From: a virus
IMG/VR virus record: IMGVR_UViG_3300021057_000005
Span: 1-48,556 of that record
DNA length: 48,556 nt
Reading direction: 5' to 3' (one strand)
Both the position numbers and the translations under genes were made by a program. Positions 40,285-48,556 of this stretch are shown here, piece after piece (the stretch's first letter is position 1; each line of letters begins with the position of its first letter). Under the pieces are notes generated by a model. That model saw only the letters and a list, made by a program, of their open reading frames with translations. It had not been told where the DNA came from and did no database searches.

Positions 40285-40317
40285 TAACATATAATTAATT
40301 ATAGAGGAAAATTAGCC

Positions 40318-40758
40318 ATGTCTGAATATAACTTTCGAGAAGTAAAACCGATAAGAAATAGAGTATTGGGGAAAAAACAAGAGAATCTGAACGAAAAAGT
40401 AAAGGCGGGGTTTATTAGACACTCCGTAAAAGCAAAAAATGGAGAAAAAGTAATTCATATTTTGTCTCTTTTGATAGGAATTGATGTAGCAAAAGAAATA
40501 GGAGTGAAGTTGGGAGACAAAGTGAAAATTTTCGTTGCTGAGGATAGTCCACGCACATTGTTAATAACAGCATGCCGGGACGGGGTCGGCCATACAGCCA
40601 GCAAACTACCTAAATCAAGCACAGCGCCAATGCTCCGGGTTTTAAAAGAATGGCAAGAATTTGTTCCAAAAGAAACTGAATTTGCAACAAAAAATGTCGA
40701 GTTTGAATTTACGCGTGGAGGGATCGTAGTGTTTTTGGGAGGGAGATTACCAACATGA
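40318..40758 (+). CDS. hypothetical protein (possible AbrB/SpoVT-like fold)
   Basis: ...LLIGIDVAKEIGVKLGDKVKIFVAED... resembles a swapped-hairpin motif; the call is weak. Confidence 0.4.
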   Translation: MSEYNFREVKPIRNRVLGKKQENLNEKVKAGFIRHSVKAKNGEKVIHILSLLIGIDVAKEIGVKLGDKVKIFVAEDSPRTLLITACRDGVGHTASKLPKSSTAPMLRVLKEWQEFVPKETEFATKNVEFEFTRGGIVVFLGGRLPT

Positions 40759-40782
40759 TAAGAAGAATAATAATGGGGGCTT

Positions 40783-42825
40783 ATGTATCTAGTCTTCGAT
40801 GCAGAAACGACGATGAGAGGAGGATTTGGAAGGGACTCTAATCCATTTATAGATAAGATTTTGTGTACTGGGTATAAATATCAGAAACCTAAATTACTTG
40901 GATATAACGCTATTGATGCGTTGTTAGGAAATTACCAGCCCACAGATTTATTTTCAACCAAACAGGATTATCCATTACCAGGGTTTCTGAATGATGTAGA
41001 TACTTTAATAGGCCATAATATCAAGTTTGATTTATTGTTTATTTGGAGGAGCCATGAATTACAGAATTATCTTAAGAGGGGAGGAAGAATCTGGGACACC
41101 CAACTTGCAGAGTACTTATTATCTGGACAACGCCACAAATATCCAGCTCTTCGAGATATTGCAGTCAACCGCTACGGCTGTAGGGAAAGAGTTAAACACC
41201 TTGAGGGAAAAAATACGGAAGAAGTCCCAATAGAGTTATTATTAGAAGACGTAAGAAATGATGTTTTAGATACCGAAGCAGTCGCACTCCAGCAAGCCAA
41301 GCTAACCAAAGAAAAACAAATGCATGCCTTATGTAAGACTCAGATGGAAGGGCTCCTTGCCACTACTGAGATGGAATTCAATGGCATGTATATTGACAAA
41401 CAAAAGCTTCTCGAAAATAAAGCCGTTCTACAAAACGAATATGATAATGCACTAAGGGAATTAATGCTTTTAGTTAACAAGCATTGGAATCCTGCCACTC
41501 CTTTTAATTCCGGCTCACCAAAACAAGTAAGCCAGCTATTCTTTGGCGGGATCATCAAATATAAAGCGCGTGAGCCTATCTTGAATGCATTAGGCGTACC
41601 TGAAGTTATTAAGTCAGGAGTTAATCGCGGAACTGTGAAAACCAAATTAATGGACAAAACGATAGACTATAAAGGATTGGGATTAAAACCAAATCTTTCC
41701 TGGGAAAACAACAATGGATATCGTACAGATGAAGAGGTGCTCGACCTTATAGCAAAAAGACCAAATACAGATGCAGGCAAAATCGCAATACAAATGCTTA
41801 AAATTCGAGAATTGTCTAAGCAGCTAAATACTTATTATACCGGCTTTGAAAAGCTTATATATGATTGGGATGGCTGCATACACGGCCACATTAGTCATTG
41901 TGGATACGAAGGAAACGACAAGAAGGGAGGAGGGACAGCCACTGGCAGAACGTCTTCTGTCAATCCCAATCTGCAAAACATTCCTCGAGCCAAAGGCTCC
42001 TTAATCAAAGAACATTTCACTAGCCGGTTTGAAGGCGGTGTCATTATTGAAGCCGATTTTAAACAGCTAGAAGTAGTAGCCTTTGCTTTCCTTACCCAAG
42101 ATCCTGGTCTAATCGCTGATATAGTAAACGGCGTAGATATTCATAAGCGCAATGCGTCTATCATTTACAGCATACCAGAAAGTGAAGTTACTGCTGATCA
42201 ACGCCAATTGGTGAAGATGGCAACATTTGCAATCATTTATGGTGCGGGAGCCAATCGTATAGCAAATGATATGAATATTTCTAAGGAATTTGCTAAGTCT
42301 ATTATTAATACATTCTTTAAACGGTATCCCATTGCCAAACGTTGGCAGGACAATTTGATAAAAAAAGTAGAAAGCACTAAATACATAATAAATGAATATA
42401 CTAAAAAAGGCCATCGTCGACACGAAGGATATTACCAGAATGTAACCGGGCGGTTGCTATATTTTAAAACAAATGACTCTCCAGATTGGAAGGCCGAGCA
42501 AGGAGAGTTGACCGGTTTTAATCCCCCAGATATTAAAGATTATCCAGTACAATCATTTGCTACTGCAGATATTGTATTAATGTTTCTTGGGGCATTATTT
42601 AGACAATTCATAGATTTTAGGAGCGAATTTCTATTAGTAAATACGGTTCATGACAGCATAGTGATAGATTGTAAGCAAGAAAGTGTACAAAAATGTTGCA
42701 ATATTATAAAAAGTGTGGTACAATTAATATATGATGAAGTAGAAAACAATTTTGGAATAAAGTTTAACGTACCAATAGGGATAGACATTAAGGTAGGGAA
42801 AACTTGGCGAGAGTGTGGATTATAA
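40783..42825 (+). CDS. family A DNA polymerase with 3'-5' exonuclease domain
   Basis: Exo I VFDAETT, Exo II GHNIKFDL, motif A IEADFKQLEV, motif B RQLVKMATFAIIYGAG, motif C VNTVHDSIV. Confidence 0.9.
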   Translation: MYLVFDAETTMRGGFGRDSNPFIDKILCTGYKYQKPKLLGYNAIDALLGNYQPTDLFSTKQDYPLPGFLNDVDTLIGHNIKFDLLFIWRSHELQNYLKRGGRIWDTQLAEYLLSGQRHKYPALRDIAVNRYGCRERVKHLEGKNTEEVPIELLLEDVRNDVLDTEAVALQQAKLTKEKQMHALCKTQMEGLLATTEMEFNGMYIDKQKLLENKAVLQNEYDNALRELMLLVNKHWNPATPFNSGSPKQVSQLFFGGIIKYKAREPILNALGVPEVIKSGVNRGTVKTKLMDKTIDYKGLGLKPNLSWENNNGYRTDEEVLDLIAKRPNTDAGKIAIQMLKIRELSKQLNTYYTGFEKLIYDWDGCIHGHISHCGYEGNDKKGGGTATGRTSSVNPNLQNIPRAKGSLIKEHFTSRFEGGVIIEADFKQLEVVAFAFLTQDPGLIADIVNGVDIHKRNASIIYSIPESEVTADQRQLVKMATFAIIYGAGANRIANDMNISKEFAKSIINTFFKRYPIAKRWQDNLIKKVESTKYIINEYTKKGHRRHEGYYQNVTGRLLYFKTNDSPDWKAEQGELTGFNPPDIKDYPVQSFATADIVLMFLGALFRQFIDFRSEFLLVNTVHDSIVIDCKQESVQKCCNIIKSVVQLIYDEVENNFGIKFNVPIGIDIKVGKTWRECGL

Positions 42826-42841
42826 AAACGAGGTAATAACC

Positions 42842-43498
42842 ATGGCTTTAAATCAAACTTATAAAAAATCAGAAGGCGGAGAATTCTTTCTTATACCAGA
42901 GGATTCCTACATAGCCAAACTGTATTCTATCGTAGATCTTGGAGAACAAGACACTGGTTTTAGAAAGTTTAAAGAAGATAAAGTAACTGGCAAAAAAACT
43001 GATATGGGGCCATTGATTCAAAACAAAGTAATGCTTTCCTTTGAATTGGAAGGAGTGGCCGTATCAGACGGCCGACCAGCAGTTATTAGCAATACATATA
43101 CAGCATCGTTAAATGAAAAAGCCACATTAGCGGACGTATTACTTTCATTATTGGGCGGCGGAGCAGAAGCAAAAGAATATTTATTTACCGAAGGTCGCCA
43201 GGTAGGAGAAGTATTAGAAAGTGTTGCAGGAAAGGCCGTTTTATTATCTATTATTCATAATAAAAAAGGTGATAAAACATATGCCAATATTAAATCGGTA
43301 AGCCCTGTTCCTTCTTCTCTGAAGAAATCAGTAACGCCATTGATTAATGAGAAAGTGGTAGTTTTAGACGTGGATAGTATTGATCCTGTCGTGTTAAGCA
43401 AATTATCCGATTTTGTAAAAACAAAGATTAATAACCGCATCAAATCAGTAGACGTCCACAACAAACAAATATTCGACGATACAGAAAATCCTTTCTAA
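42842..43498 (+). CDS. hypothetical protein (possible ssDNA-binding/DUF669-like)
   Basis: ATG after GAGGT; the track ORF begins at an upstream GTG (42815) overlapping the polymerase. Assignment rests on position in the replication module only. Confidence 0.35.
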   Translation: MALNQTYKKSEGGEFFLIPEDSYIAKLYSIVDLGEQDTGFRKFKEDKVTGKKTDMGPLIQNKVMLSFELEGVAVSDGRPAVISNTYTASLNEKATLADVLLSLLGGGAEAKEYLFTEGRQVGEVLESVAGKAVLLSIIHNKKGDKTYANIKSVSPVPSSLKKSVTPLINEKVVVLDVDSIDPVVLSKLSDFVKTKINNRIKSVDVHNKQIFDDTENPF

Positions 43499-43625
43499 CG
43501 GCTCCCTTGAAGATCCTCTAGGCCTGTGGGATCTGCGTGAGTGCAATAAACAGGCCATCCATTTTAATAATACTAGTAGTTACCACTGATTATACCTACT
43601 TGTATTATCAATCGGGAGGTATTCC

Positions 43626-44567
43626 ATGCCTTGGAAGAAAACAAAGTTAAAAAATCGTGATTGCTATACGCTATCGGATACAGAAGTAAAATATCTTGAT
43701 ATCAAATCCGTTACTTTGGATCAGATGAATGATCCTGATAGACTTATATTCCTTAGTGAAAATCCCAATTTTTTAAAAGAACACATAGACGACAGTAATA
43801 TAGAAGAGCTTCCTGCTGGGATTTATAATGTAGTGGCAGAAGGGATATTCTCAGACCCCAAATTAGTTCCCATGGTTCCTGCACATGACGATGTTCTATT
43901 TGAACTATCAGTAATTGATTCGGTATTACAGGATTTTCGAGCATTTACTAAAAATAAAGATCTATATAAAAAATTAGGGCTTTTAAACAAACGAGGAGTG
44001 TTGTTATACGGAGTGCCTGGTACAGGGAAAACTACGGCGATAAATTTAATTGTTAGTAAATTGCGTCCAAAAAATAGTATTGTGCTTTATGTATCTAGGG
44101 AGTTGCCAGTAGATCTTATAGAAGAATTTAAATCTGATCCCCGGCTAAAAATTATTATATTTGAAGAATTAACAGAAACTTTAAAGCAATACGGCACCAA
44201 CGGATTATTACGATTTTTGGATGGTGAAAATTCCCTAGATAATATGTATGTTATTGCTACTACAAATTATCCAGAGGAATTACCAGGCAATATCGTAGAT
44301 CGCCCAGGCAGATTTGATATAATTTATCAAATTAATTTATTAGCTGACAAAGATCGTGAAAAATATTTGAAGCATCTTCTTAAACGCAATATTCTTAAAG
44401 CCGAATTGGTTGCTACGAAATCGATGTCTATAGCACAAATAAAAGAGATAATCTTATTATCTAAATTATATGACGTTTCAATTACATCAGCAGTGGACTT
44501 AATCAAATCCCAGAAAGAAACAGCAAAGAAAAAATTTAAAAATCGTGATAGCGACGCGGGGTTTTAA
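43626..44567 (+). CDS. AAA+ ATPase (classic AAA clade)
   Basis: Walker A GVPGTGKT, Walker B IIIFEE, second region of homology ATTNYPEELPGNIVDRPGRFD. Confidence 0.7.
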   Translation: MPWKKTKLKNRDCYTLSDTEVKYLDIKSVTLDQMNDPDRLIFLSENPNFLKEHIDDSNIEELPAGIYNVVAEGIFSDPKLVPMVPAHDDVLFELSVIDSVLQDFRAFTKNKDLYKKLGLLNKRGVLLYGVPGTGKTTAINLIVSKLRPKNSIVLYVSRELPVDLIEEFKSDPRLKIIIFEELTETLKQYGTNGLLRFLDGENSLDNMYVIATTNYPEELPGNIVDRPGRFDIIYQINLLADKDREKYLKHLLKRNILKAELVATKSMSIAQIKEIILLSKLYDVSITSAVDLIKSQKETAKKKFKNRDSDAGF

Positions 44568-44568
44568 C

Positions 44569-45690
44569 ATGCGAACAATGACCCCGATGGAATTATTAGA
44601 TAGCGTGCCTGACCCAGTTCAGACGGTGGCTGCCCTTGATGAATATATTATTGGGCAGGCAGAAGCAAAACGTACGTTGGCATTAATGATGATGTATAGA
44701 GCTCTTATTCGATTGAAAGATAATAATTTAATAAAATTAGATACTGATATTCCAAAAGCAAATGTTCTTTTACTAGGTCCAACCGGAACAGGAAAAACTG
44801 CATTAATGCGAGCACTGTCCGAAATTATGGATATTCCTATTTCTATTAATGATATTACTTCAGTCACATCAGCAGGATACATAGGCGGCAAAGTAGAAGA
44901 TATTCTAGTTAACCACGTCAATGTCTGTAATGAGTATGTTGCTCAAAATTACGAGCGGCTGTGTTATAAGGTGGATTTGGAAAGAGTTCCTTATGGAATG
45001 GTTCTGATGGACCATATAGAAAATGGAATTATTTATATTGATGAAATTGATAAGATTTGTAAAAAAAGCAATGATCTGGATGTTTCTGGTGATCTTGTTC
45101 AAAACGAGCTTCTGAAAATACTAGAGTCAGGAAAAGTAAATTTAGGCAATAGCAGAATGCCTCTTCCTTCGTGTGGAATAAGAAGCCTCCAAACACAAAA
45201 CATTTCCTTCGTATGTGGCGGCGCATTTAGTGGTTTATCCGATATTATTTACAAAAGAACAAGTAAATCGGCAGGCATTGGATTCGGCGCAGATATGGCA
45301 AGTTGCTCCACAAATGATGAGCGTATGAATTCTATTTTATCTGAAGTAACGACTCAAGATTTAATTGATTATGGATTTAAAGCAGAGTTTTTAGGACGGG
45401 TTCCCTTACGAGCCTGCTTGAAAGGTTTAGATGTTCCAACACTTGAAGAAATTATTATTAAGCCACGAAACTCTATTTTAAATCAGTACCTTGGTCTATT
45501 TAAAGCGTTTGGTGTGAATTTAGTAGTTGAGAAAGAGGCGATGCATGCCATAGCTGAAAAAGCGCTTGCAATGAAAATGGGAGCCAGGTCACTGCAACAC
45601 TTATTTAATAATGTATTCTCTGAATATTTATTTAATATTTTCTCTCACACAAAGAAAAAAATAATAATAAAAAAAGAGCATGTTTTATGA
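44569..45690 (+). CDS. clpX: ClpX-like AAA+ unfoldase lacking the N-terminal zinc-binding domain
   Basis: LDEYIIGQAEAK, LLLGPTGTGKTAL, pore loop SAGYIGG, IIYIDEIDKICKK, DVSGDLVQNELLKILE, IGF loop SAGIGFGA, FLGRVP, MGARSLQ. Confidence 0.8.
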   Translation: MRTMTPMELLDSVPDPVQTVAALDEYIIGQAEAKRTLALMMMYRALIRLKDNNLIKLDTDIPKANVLLLGPTGTGKTALMRALSEIMDIPISINDITSVTSAGYIGGKVEDILVNHVNVCNEYVAQNYERLCYKVDLERVPYGMVLMDHIENGIIYIDEIDKICKKSNDLDVSGDLVQNELLKILESGKVNLGNSRMPLPSCGIRSLQTQNISFVCGGAFSGLSDIIYKRTSKSAGIGFGADMASCSTNDERMNSILSEVTTQDLIDYGFKAEFLGRVPLRACLKGLDVPTLEEIIIKPRNSILNQYLGLFKAFGVNLVVEKEAMHAIAEKALAMKMGARSLQHLFNNVFSEYLFNIFSHTKKKIIIKKEHVL

Positions 45691-46487
45691 CAATTTGTTT
45701 AATAGATGCTGATGTTTTGAAATATAGTTGTGGATATTCTATCGAGAAAAGGGAAGTTGGAGACGAATATAACACTATCATTGTAGAACCCGTAGAACAC
45801 GCATTCTATAACATTAATAGCATAATTAAGAAAGTGCTAGATAGGTGCAAATCCAAAAAATACAAATGTTTTCTTACTAAGATGGGGGATAGAAGTAATT
45901 ATAGATACTCCATAGATCCTGATTATAAGGTCAATCGAGCCAAGGCAGGAAAGCCCATTTATTATGAAAGCTGTCATAATTTTATTTTATCCTCGCACCA
46001 AGCATTTGAAACAGAAGGCCAAGAAGCCGATGATGCGGTAAGTATAGAGCATTGTACATTACATCCATTCGGTTTTGATCCAGCGATTAAAAATTCCATT
46101 ATTTGTAGCATTGATAAAGACTTTAATAATGTGCCCGGATGGCACTATAACTGGCGCAGGGATGAGTTGTATTTTGTCACAGAATTAGATGCATTAAAAA
46201 ATTTCTACCTTCAGATTCTTACTGGCGATACATGTGATGATATACCTAGAATTAAGAAACGATGGCGTAAGAAGCAAGCTGAGGCCTCTTTACAGAAAGC
46301 GACAACAGAACAAGAAATGTTTGAAATAGTGTTTTTAGAAGTATTAAAAACTATGCAAGACGAAGGACATTCAACTTACGCAGTTAATAAAAAAATAACA
46401 GAGCGAGGACAACTTGTATGGCTACGCAGAACCCCAAACGAAATGTGGCAAATCCCTTCCACCAATTCTATAACGAGCAAGATTTAG
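45687..46487 (+). CDS. 5'-3' exonuclease / flap endonuclease-like (PIN-like) nuclease
   Basis: ICLIDADVLKY, GQEADDAVS and SIDKDFNNV acidic clusters typical of FEN/T5-exonuclease-type enzymes. Confidence 0.55.
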   Translation: MTICLIDADVLKYSCGYSIEKREVGDEYNTIIVEPVEHAFYNINSIIKKVLDRCKSKKYKCFLTKMGDRSNYRYSIDPDYKVNRAKAGKPIYYESCHNFILSSHQAFETEGQEADDAVSIEHCTLHPFGFDPAIKNSIICSIDKDFNNVPGWHYNWRRDELYFVTELDALKNFYLQILTGDTCDDIPRIKKRWRKKQAEASLQKATTEQEMFEIVFLEVLKTMQDEGHSTYAVNKKITERGQLVWLRRTPNEMWQIPSTNSITSKI

Positions 46488-46612
46488 AATTTCTAATAGA
46501 CGAATTGACCTTATTTATCCCCATCTTTACTGATGATCAGCTTGCCTATGTAAAAGATTATATTGATACAGAAATAGAGGATAGGGCGCATGAACAAAAA
46601 CAAAGGCATTAA
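46418..46612 (+). CDS. hypothetical protein
   Basis: RBS GAGGA; overlaps the previous gene by 70 nt. Confidence 0.35.
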   Translation: MATQNPKRNVANPFHQFYNEQDLEFLIDELTLFIPIFTDDQLAYVKDYIDTEIEDRAHEQKQRH

Positions 46613-46805
46613 AAAGAACAGCGCCCAATGCTCAAATTGCAAAGACATTCTCATATCTAAACATATACATGATTGGGTAGCGTGTTCTTGCTGGAAGCAC
46701 GGAACAGGTATTTTTGTAGATGGAGGAAATGAATACTTAAGAAGAGGATGGGGAGAGGATGGAACTGGGCCAATTGAATTGAGTGAATACTATGAAGAAG
46801 AATAA
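46590..46805 (+). CDS. small zinc-binding protein (hypothetical)
   Basis: CSNC...H..CSC pattern. Confidence 0.45.
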   Translation: MNKNKGIKKNSAQCSNCKDILISKHIHDWVACSCWKHGTGIFVDGGNEYLRRGWGEDGTGPIELSEYYEEE

Positions 46806-47154
46806 AAAGACATGTAAGAAATTAGCAAGTCCTAAAGATAAAGGCACCGGATTCGAACGAGAAATAGTAAAACAGTTCCAACGGCACCAATTAGAAGCAA
46901 AGCGAGCATGGGGAAGTAATGGCGAAGCGATGGGAGAACATAAGGAAGTAGATGTATTGGTTAAATACGATAAACCGAATCAGCTCGGCATACTTCATCA
47001 ACGTGCTATTCGTTTGCAATGTAAACGTAAGGGAAAACTACCCGCGTATTTAGGACTAACTGAGCATGTGGATGCCGCAGTTTTTAGAGAAGATCATGGA
47101 CAAAGTTATATTTTATTACGATTAGAAGACTTCATTTTGAGGTACTTATCATGA
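46783..47154 (+). CDS. PD-(D/E)xK nuclease, archaeal Hjc-like Holliday junction resolvase (putative)
   Basis: KGTGFEREIVKQF...GSNGE...EVDVLV...LQCKRK fits the G.xxE...D...(E/Q)xK layout. Confidence 0.45.
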   Translation: MNTMKKNKKTCKKLASPKDKGTGFEREIVKQFQRHQLEAKRAWGSNGEAMGEHKEVDVLVKYDKPNQLGILHQRAIRLQCKRKGKLPAYLGLTEHVDAAVFREDHGQSYILLRLEDFILRYLS

Positions 47155-47306
47155 AAGCCAGTGAACATACAATAGAAAAATTCAAATGGATTTCTAAGCA
47201 TTTAAACCTGTCCCCAATGGAAACGTTTGATGTAGTTGTCTATCAAGTATATCAACAATTAAAAGAACTAGATGATTACTATAAAGGTAATAATTCCGAT
47301 GAATAA
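47151..47306 (+). CDS. 51-aa hypothetical protein
   Basis: ATGA coupling; MKASEHTIEKFKWISKHLNLSPMETFDVVVYQ... Confidence 0.35.
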   Translation: MKASEHTIEKFKWISKHLNLSPMETFDVVVYQVYQQLKELDDYYKGNNSDE

Positions 47307-48048
47307 AAAACCAAAAATATTATTATATGATATAGAAACAAGTCTTAGTGTTGTTGCTACTTTCTCTTTGTTTAATCAATATATCGGCCATGAAAATATT
47401 CTACAAGATTGGAATATATTAAGTGCTGCATGGAAATGGCTCGGTGAAAAAAGAGTCCATTCGATTCATGTTTGGGACGATGTAGAGAATGATAAAGAAG
47501 TGGTTAAAGCCCTGGCAGCAGCCATTAGCGAAGCAGATATTATTGTAGGGCACAATAGCGCCAAATTTGATTTAAAGAAATTGAACACGCGCTTGCTATA
47601 TCACCGCCTTCCTCCTCTCGATAAACGAGTATTGCAAATAGATACTTTGAAAGCTGCTCGGAAGCACTTCGCATTTACTAGCAACAGACTAGATTATTTA
47701 GGTGAGTATCTTGGTATTGGAGGCAAGAAGCCTACTCCTAATGGGCTGTGGAGAGATATTTTAAAAGGAAATAAACGCAAGATTATGGAGATGGTTGCGT
47801 ATAACAAACACGATGTTTCTCCTCTGCTTGAGGGAGTATACACAGCAATGCGCCCCTACATAGATCATCCAAACATGGGAGGATTCTTTGATGATGGACG
47901 AGAACATTGTCCTAACTGTGGATCTGACAAAATTCACAAACATGATAAGAGGCCTACCAAAGCAGGTGCCCTAAACCAAAGATACCGTTGTACCGAATGC
48001 GCATCTATATCTTGTAAAAAAATTCATGAAGCTCCAAAACTAAAATAG
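47299..48048 (+). CDS. DEDD-type 3'-5' exonuclease (RNase H-like fold) with a C-terminal zinc ribbon
   Basis: LLYDIETS (Exo I), GHNSAKFDL (Exo II), YNKHDV (Exo III), CPNCGSD...CTECAS. Confidence 0.6.
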   Translation: MNKKPKILLYDIETSLSVVATFSLFNQYIGHENILQDWNILSAAWKWLGEKRVHSIHVWDDVENDKEVVKALAAAISEADIIVGHNSAKFDLKKLNTRLLYHRLPPLDKRVLQIDTLKAARKHFAFTSNRLDYLGEYLGIGGKKPTPNGLWRDILKGNKRKIMEMVAYNKHDVSPLLEGVYTAMRPYIDHPNMGGFFDDGREHCPNCGSDKIHKHDKRPTKAGALNQRYRCTECASISCKKIHEAPKLK

Positions 48049-48058
48049 GAGTTGTATT

Positions 48059-48556
48059 ATGGTATTTATAGAAAATGGCGATAGAACTGAAGATATTTAT
48101 TCTAGTCTGCTTCGAGACAGGATTATTTTCATTGGTGAAGAAATCACTCCGGAATTAGCCAACGAAGTAGTTGGTCAACTGTTGTTATTAGAAATACAAG
48201 ACAAAAATAAAGATATAAAAATATATATTAATTCTCCAGGAGGAGATATTACTTCTGGATTTGCAATATATGACACCATGCAATTCATTAAACCAAAAGT
48301 ACATACCGTTTGCATGGGCATGGCAGCAAGTATGGCAGCGATATTGCTCGCAGCAGGAGAAAAAGGCTGCCGTAAGGCGTTGCCTCATGCAGAAATTATG
48401 ATTCATCAACCTTCTGGCGGTTTTGACGGAACTACAACGGATGTTCTTATTTATGCAGGCATGTTGCAAAGATGCAAAGAGACTAGCATCAATGTCCTAT
48501 CAAAACATACGAAACAAAGCAAAAAGAAGGTTTCTGCGGATTTAGAAAGAGATTAT
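48059..48556 (+). CDS. clpP: ClpP protease subunit, 5' part (open at the window end; completed by nt 128-193 after circularisation, 187 aa total)
   Basis: Not in the ORF track because there is no in-window stop. Translation MVFIENGDRTEDIYSSLLRDRIIFIGEEI...YINSPGGDITSGFAIYDTM...CMGMAASMAAILLAAG...AEIMIHQPSGG carries the ClpP Ser/His motifs. Confidence 0.85.
   Translation, partial: MVFIENGDRTEDIYSSLLRDRIIFIGEEITPELANEVVGQLLLLEIQDKNKDIKIYINSPGGDITSGFAIYDTMQFIKPKVHTVCMGMAASMAAILLAAGEKGCRKALPHAEIMIHQPSGGFDGTTTDVLIYAGMLQRCKETSINVLSKHTKQSKKKVSADLERDY
48430..48556. repeat. 127-bp exact terminal direct repeat, copy 2
   Basis: Identical to nt 1-127. Confidence 0.95.

Noticed and set aside
48188-48469. 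93-aa minus-strand ORF at the window end
   Set aside because: It is antisense to the unmistakable clpP reading frame, and its Cys/His-rich translation looks random.

Overview
This window is a complete, circularly closed phage genome. Its first 127 nt are identical to its last 127 nt, so the unique length is about 48,429 bp, and a canonical clpP gene spans that junction. The genome is low-GC and looks like a temperate, podovirus-like dsDNA phage: I see no tape-measure, sheath or tail-tube candidates, but there are internal virion/ejection-like proteins and two repeat-rich fibers.

Layout:
- Plus-strand early/replication arm, 31486 -> 48556 -> 1 -> 5649. It holds many small ORFs with good RBSs, Zn-finger/TOPRIM primase, DnaB-like helicase, family-A DNA polymerase, two AAA+ ATPases (one a ClpX lacking the zinc domain but keeping the IGF loop), FEN-like nuclease, Hjc-like resolvase, DEDD exonuclease, ClpP plus a membrane-anchored ClpP-like paralog, Xis-like protein, tyrosine integrase, and an attP core identical in form to the 3' half of a tRNA-Arg(ACG) flanked by five TGTCACAA arm-type repeats.
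- Minus-strand late arm, 28277 -> 5711. It holds Endo VII-type HNH, a holin-like protein, TerS, TerL, portal, a GroES-like protein, scaffold, capsid, fibers, Gly/Gln-rich internal proteins, a lytic transglycosylase protein and an M15 endolysin.

The most unusual part is the roughly 3.2-kb ORF-poor block at 28278-31485.
- Three G+C-enriched, helix-dense segments of about 500-600 nt each (28278-28875, 29067-29573, 29830-30331) alternate with two tiny hydrophobic ORFs and two small zinc-ribbon ORFs. A perfect consensus sigma70 promoter with an AT-rich upstream tract precedes the first of them.
- I cannot match these segments to tRNA, tmRNA, RNase P or any ribozyme motif by eye. I propose them as candidate large structured ncRNAs or leader RNAs of unknown class. 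The transcribed strand is unresolved, because G-U evidence is mixed.
- The adjacent AT-rich 30554-31485 stretch is a repeat- and palindrome-rich control region.

All functional calls rest on motifs recognised by eye. No database search was possible.
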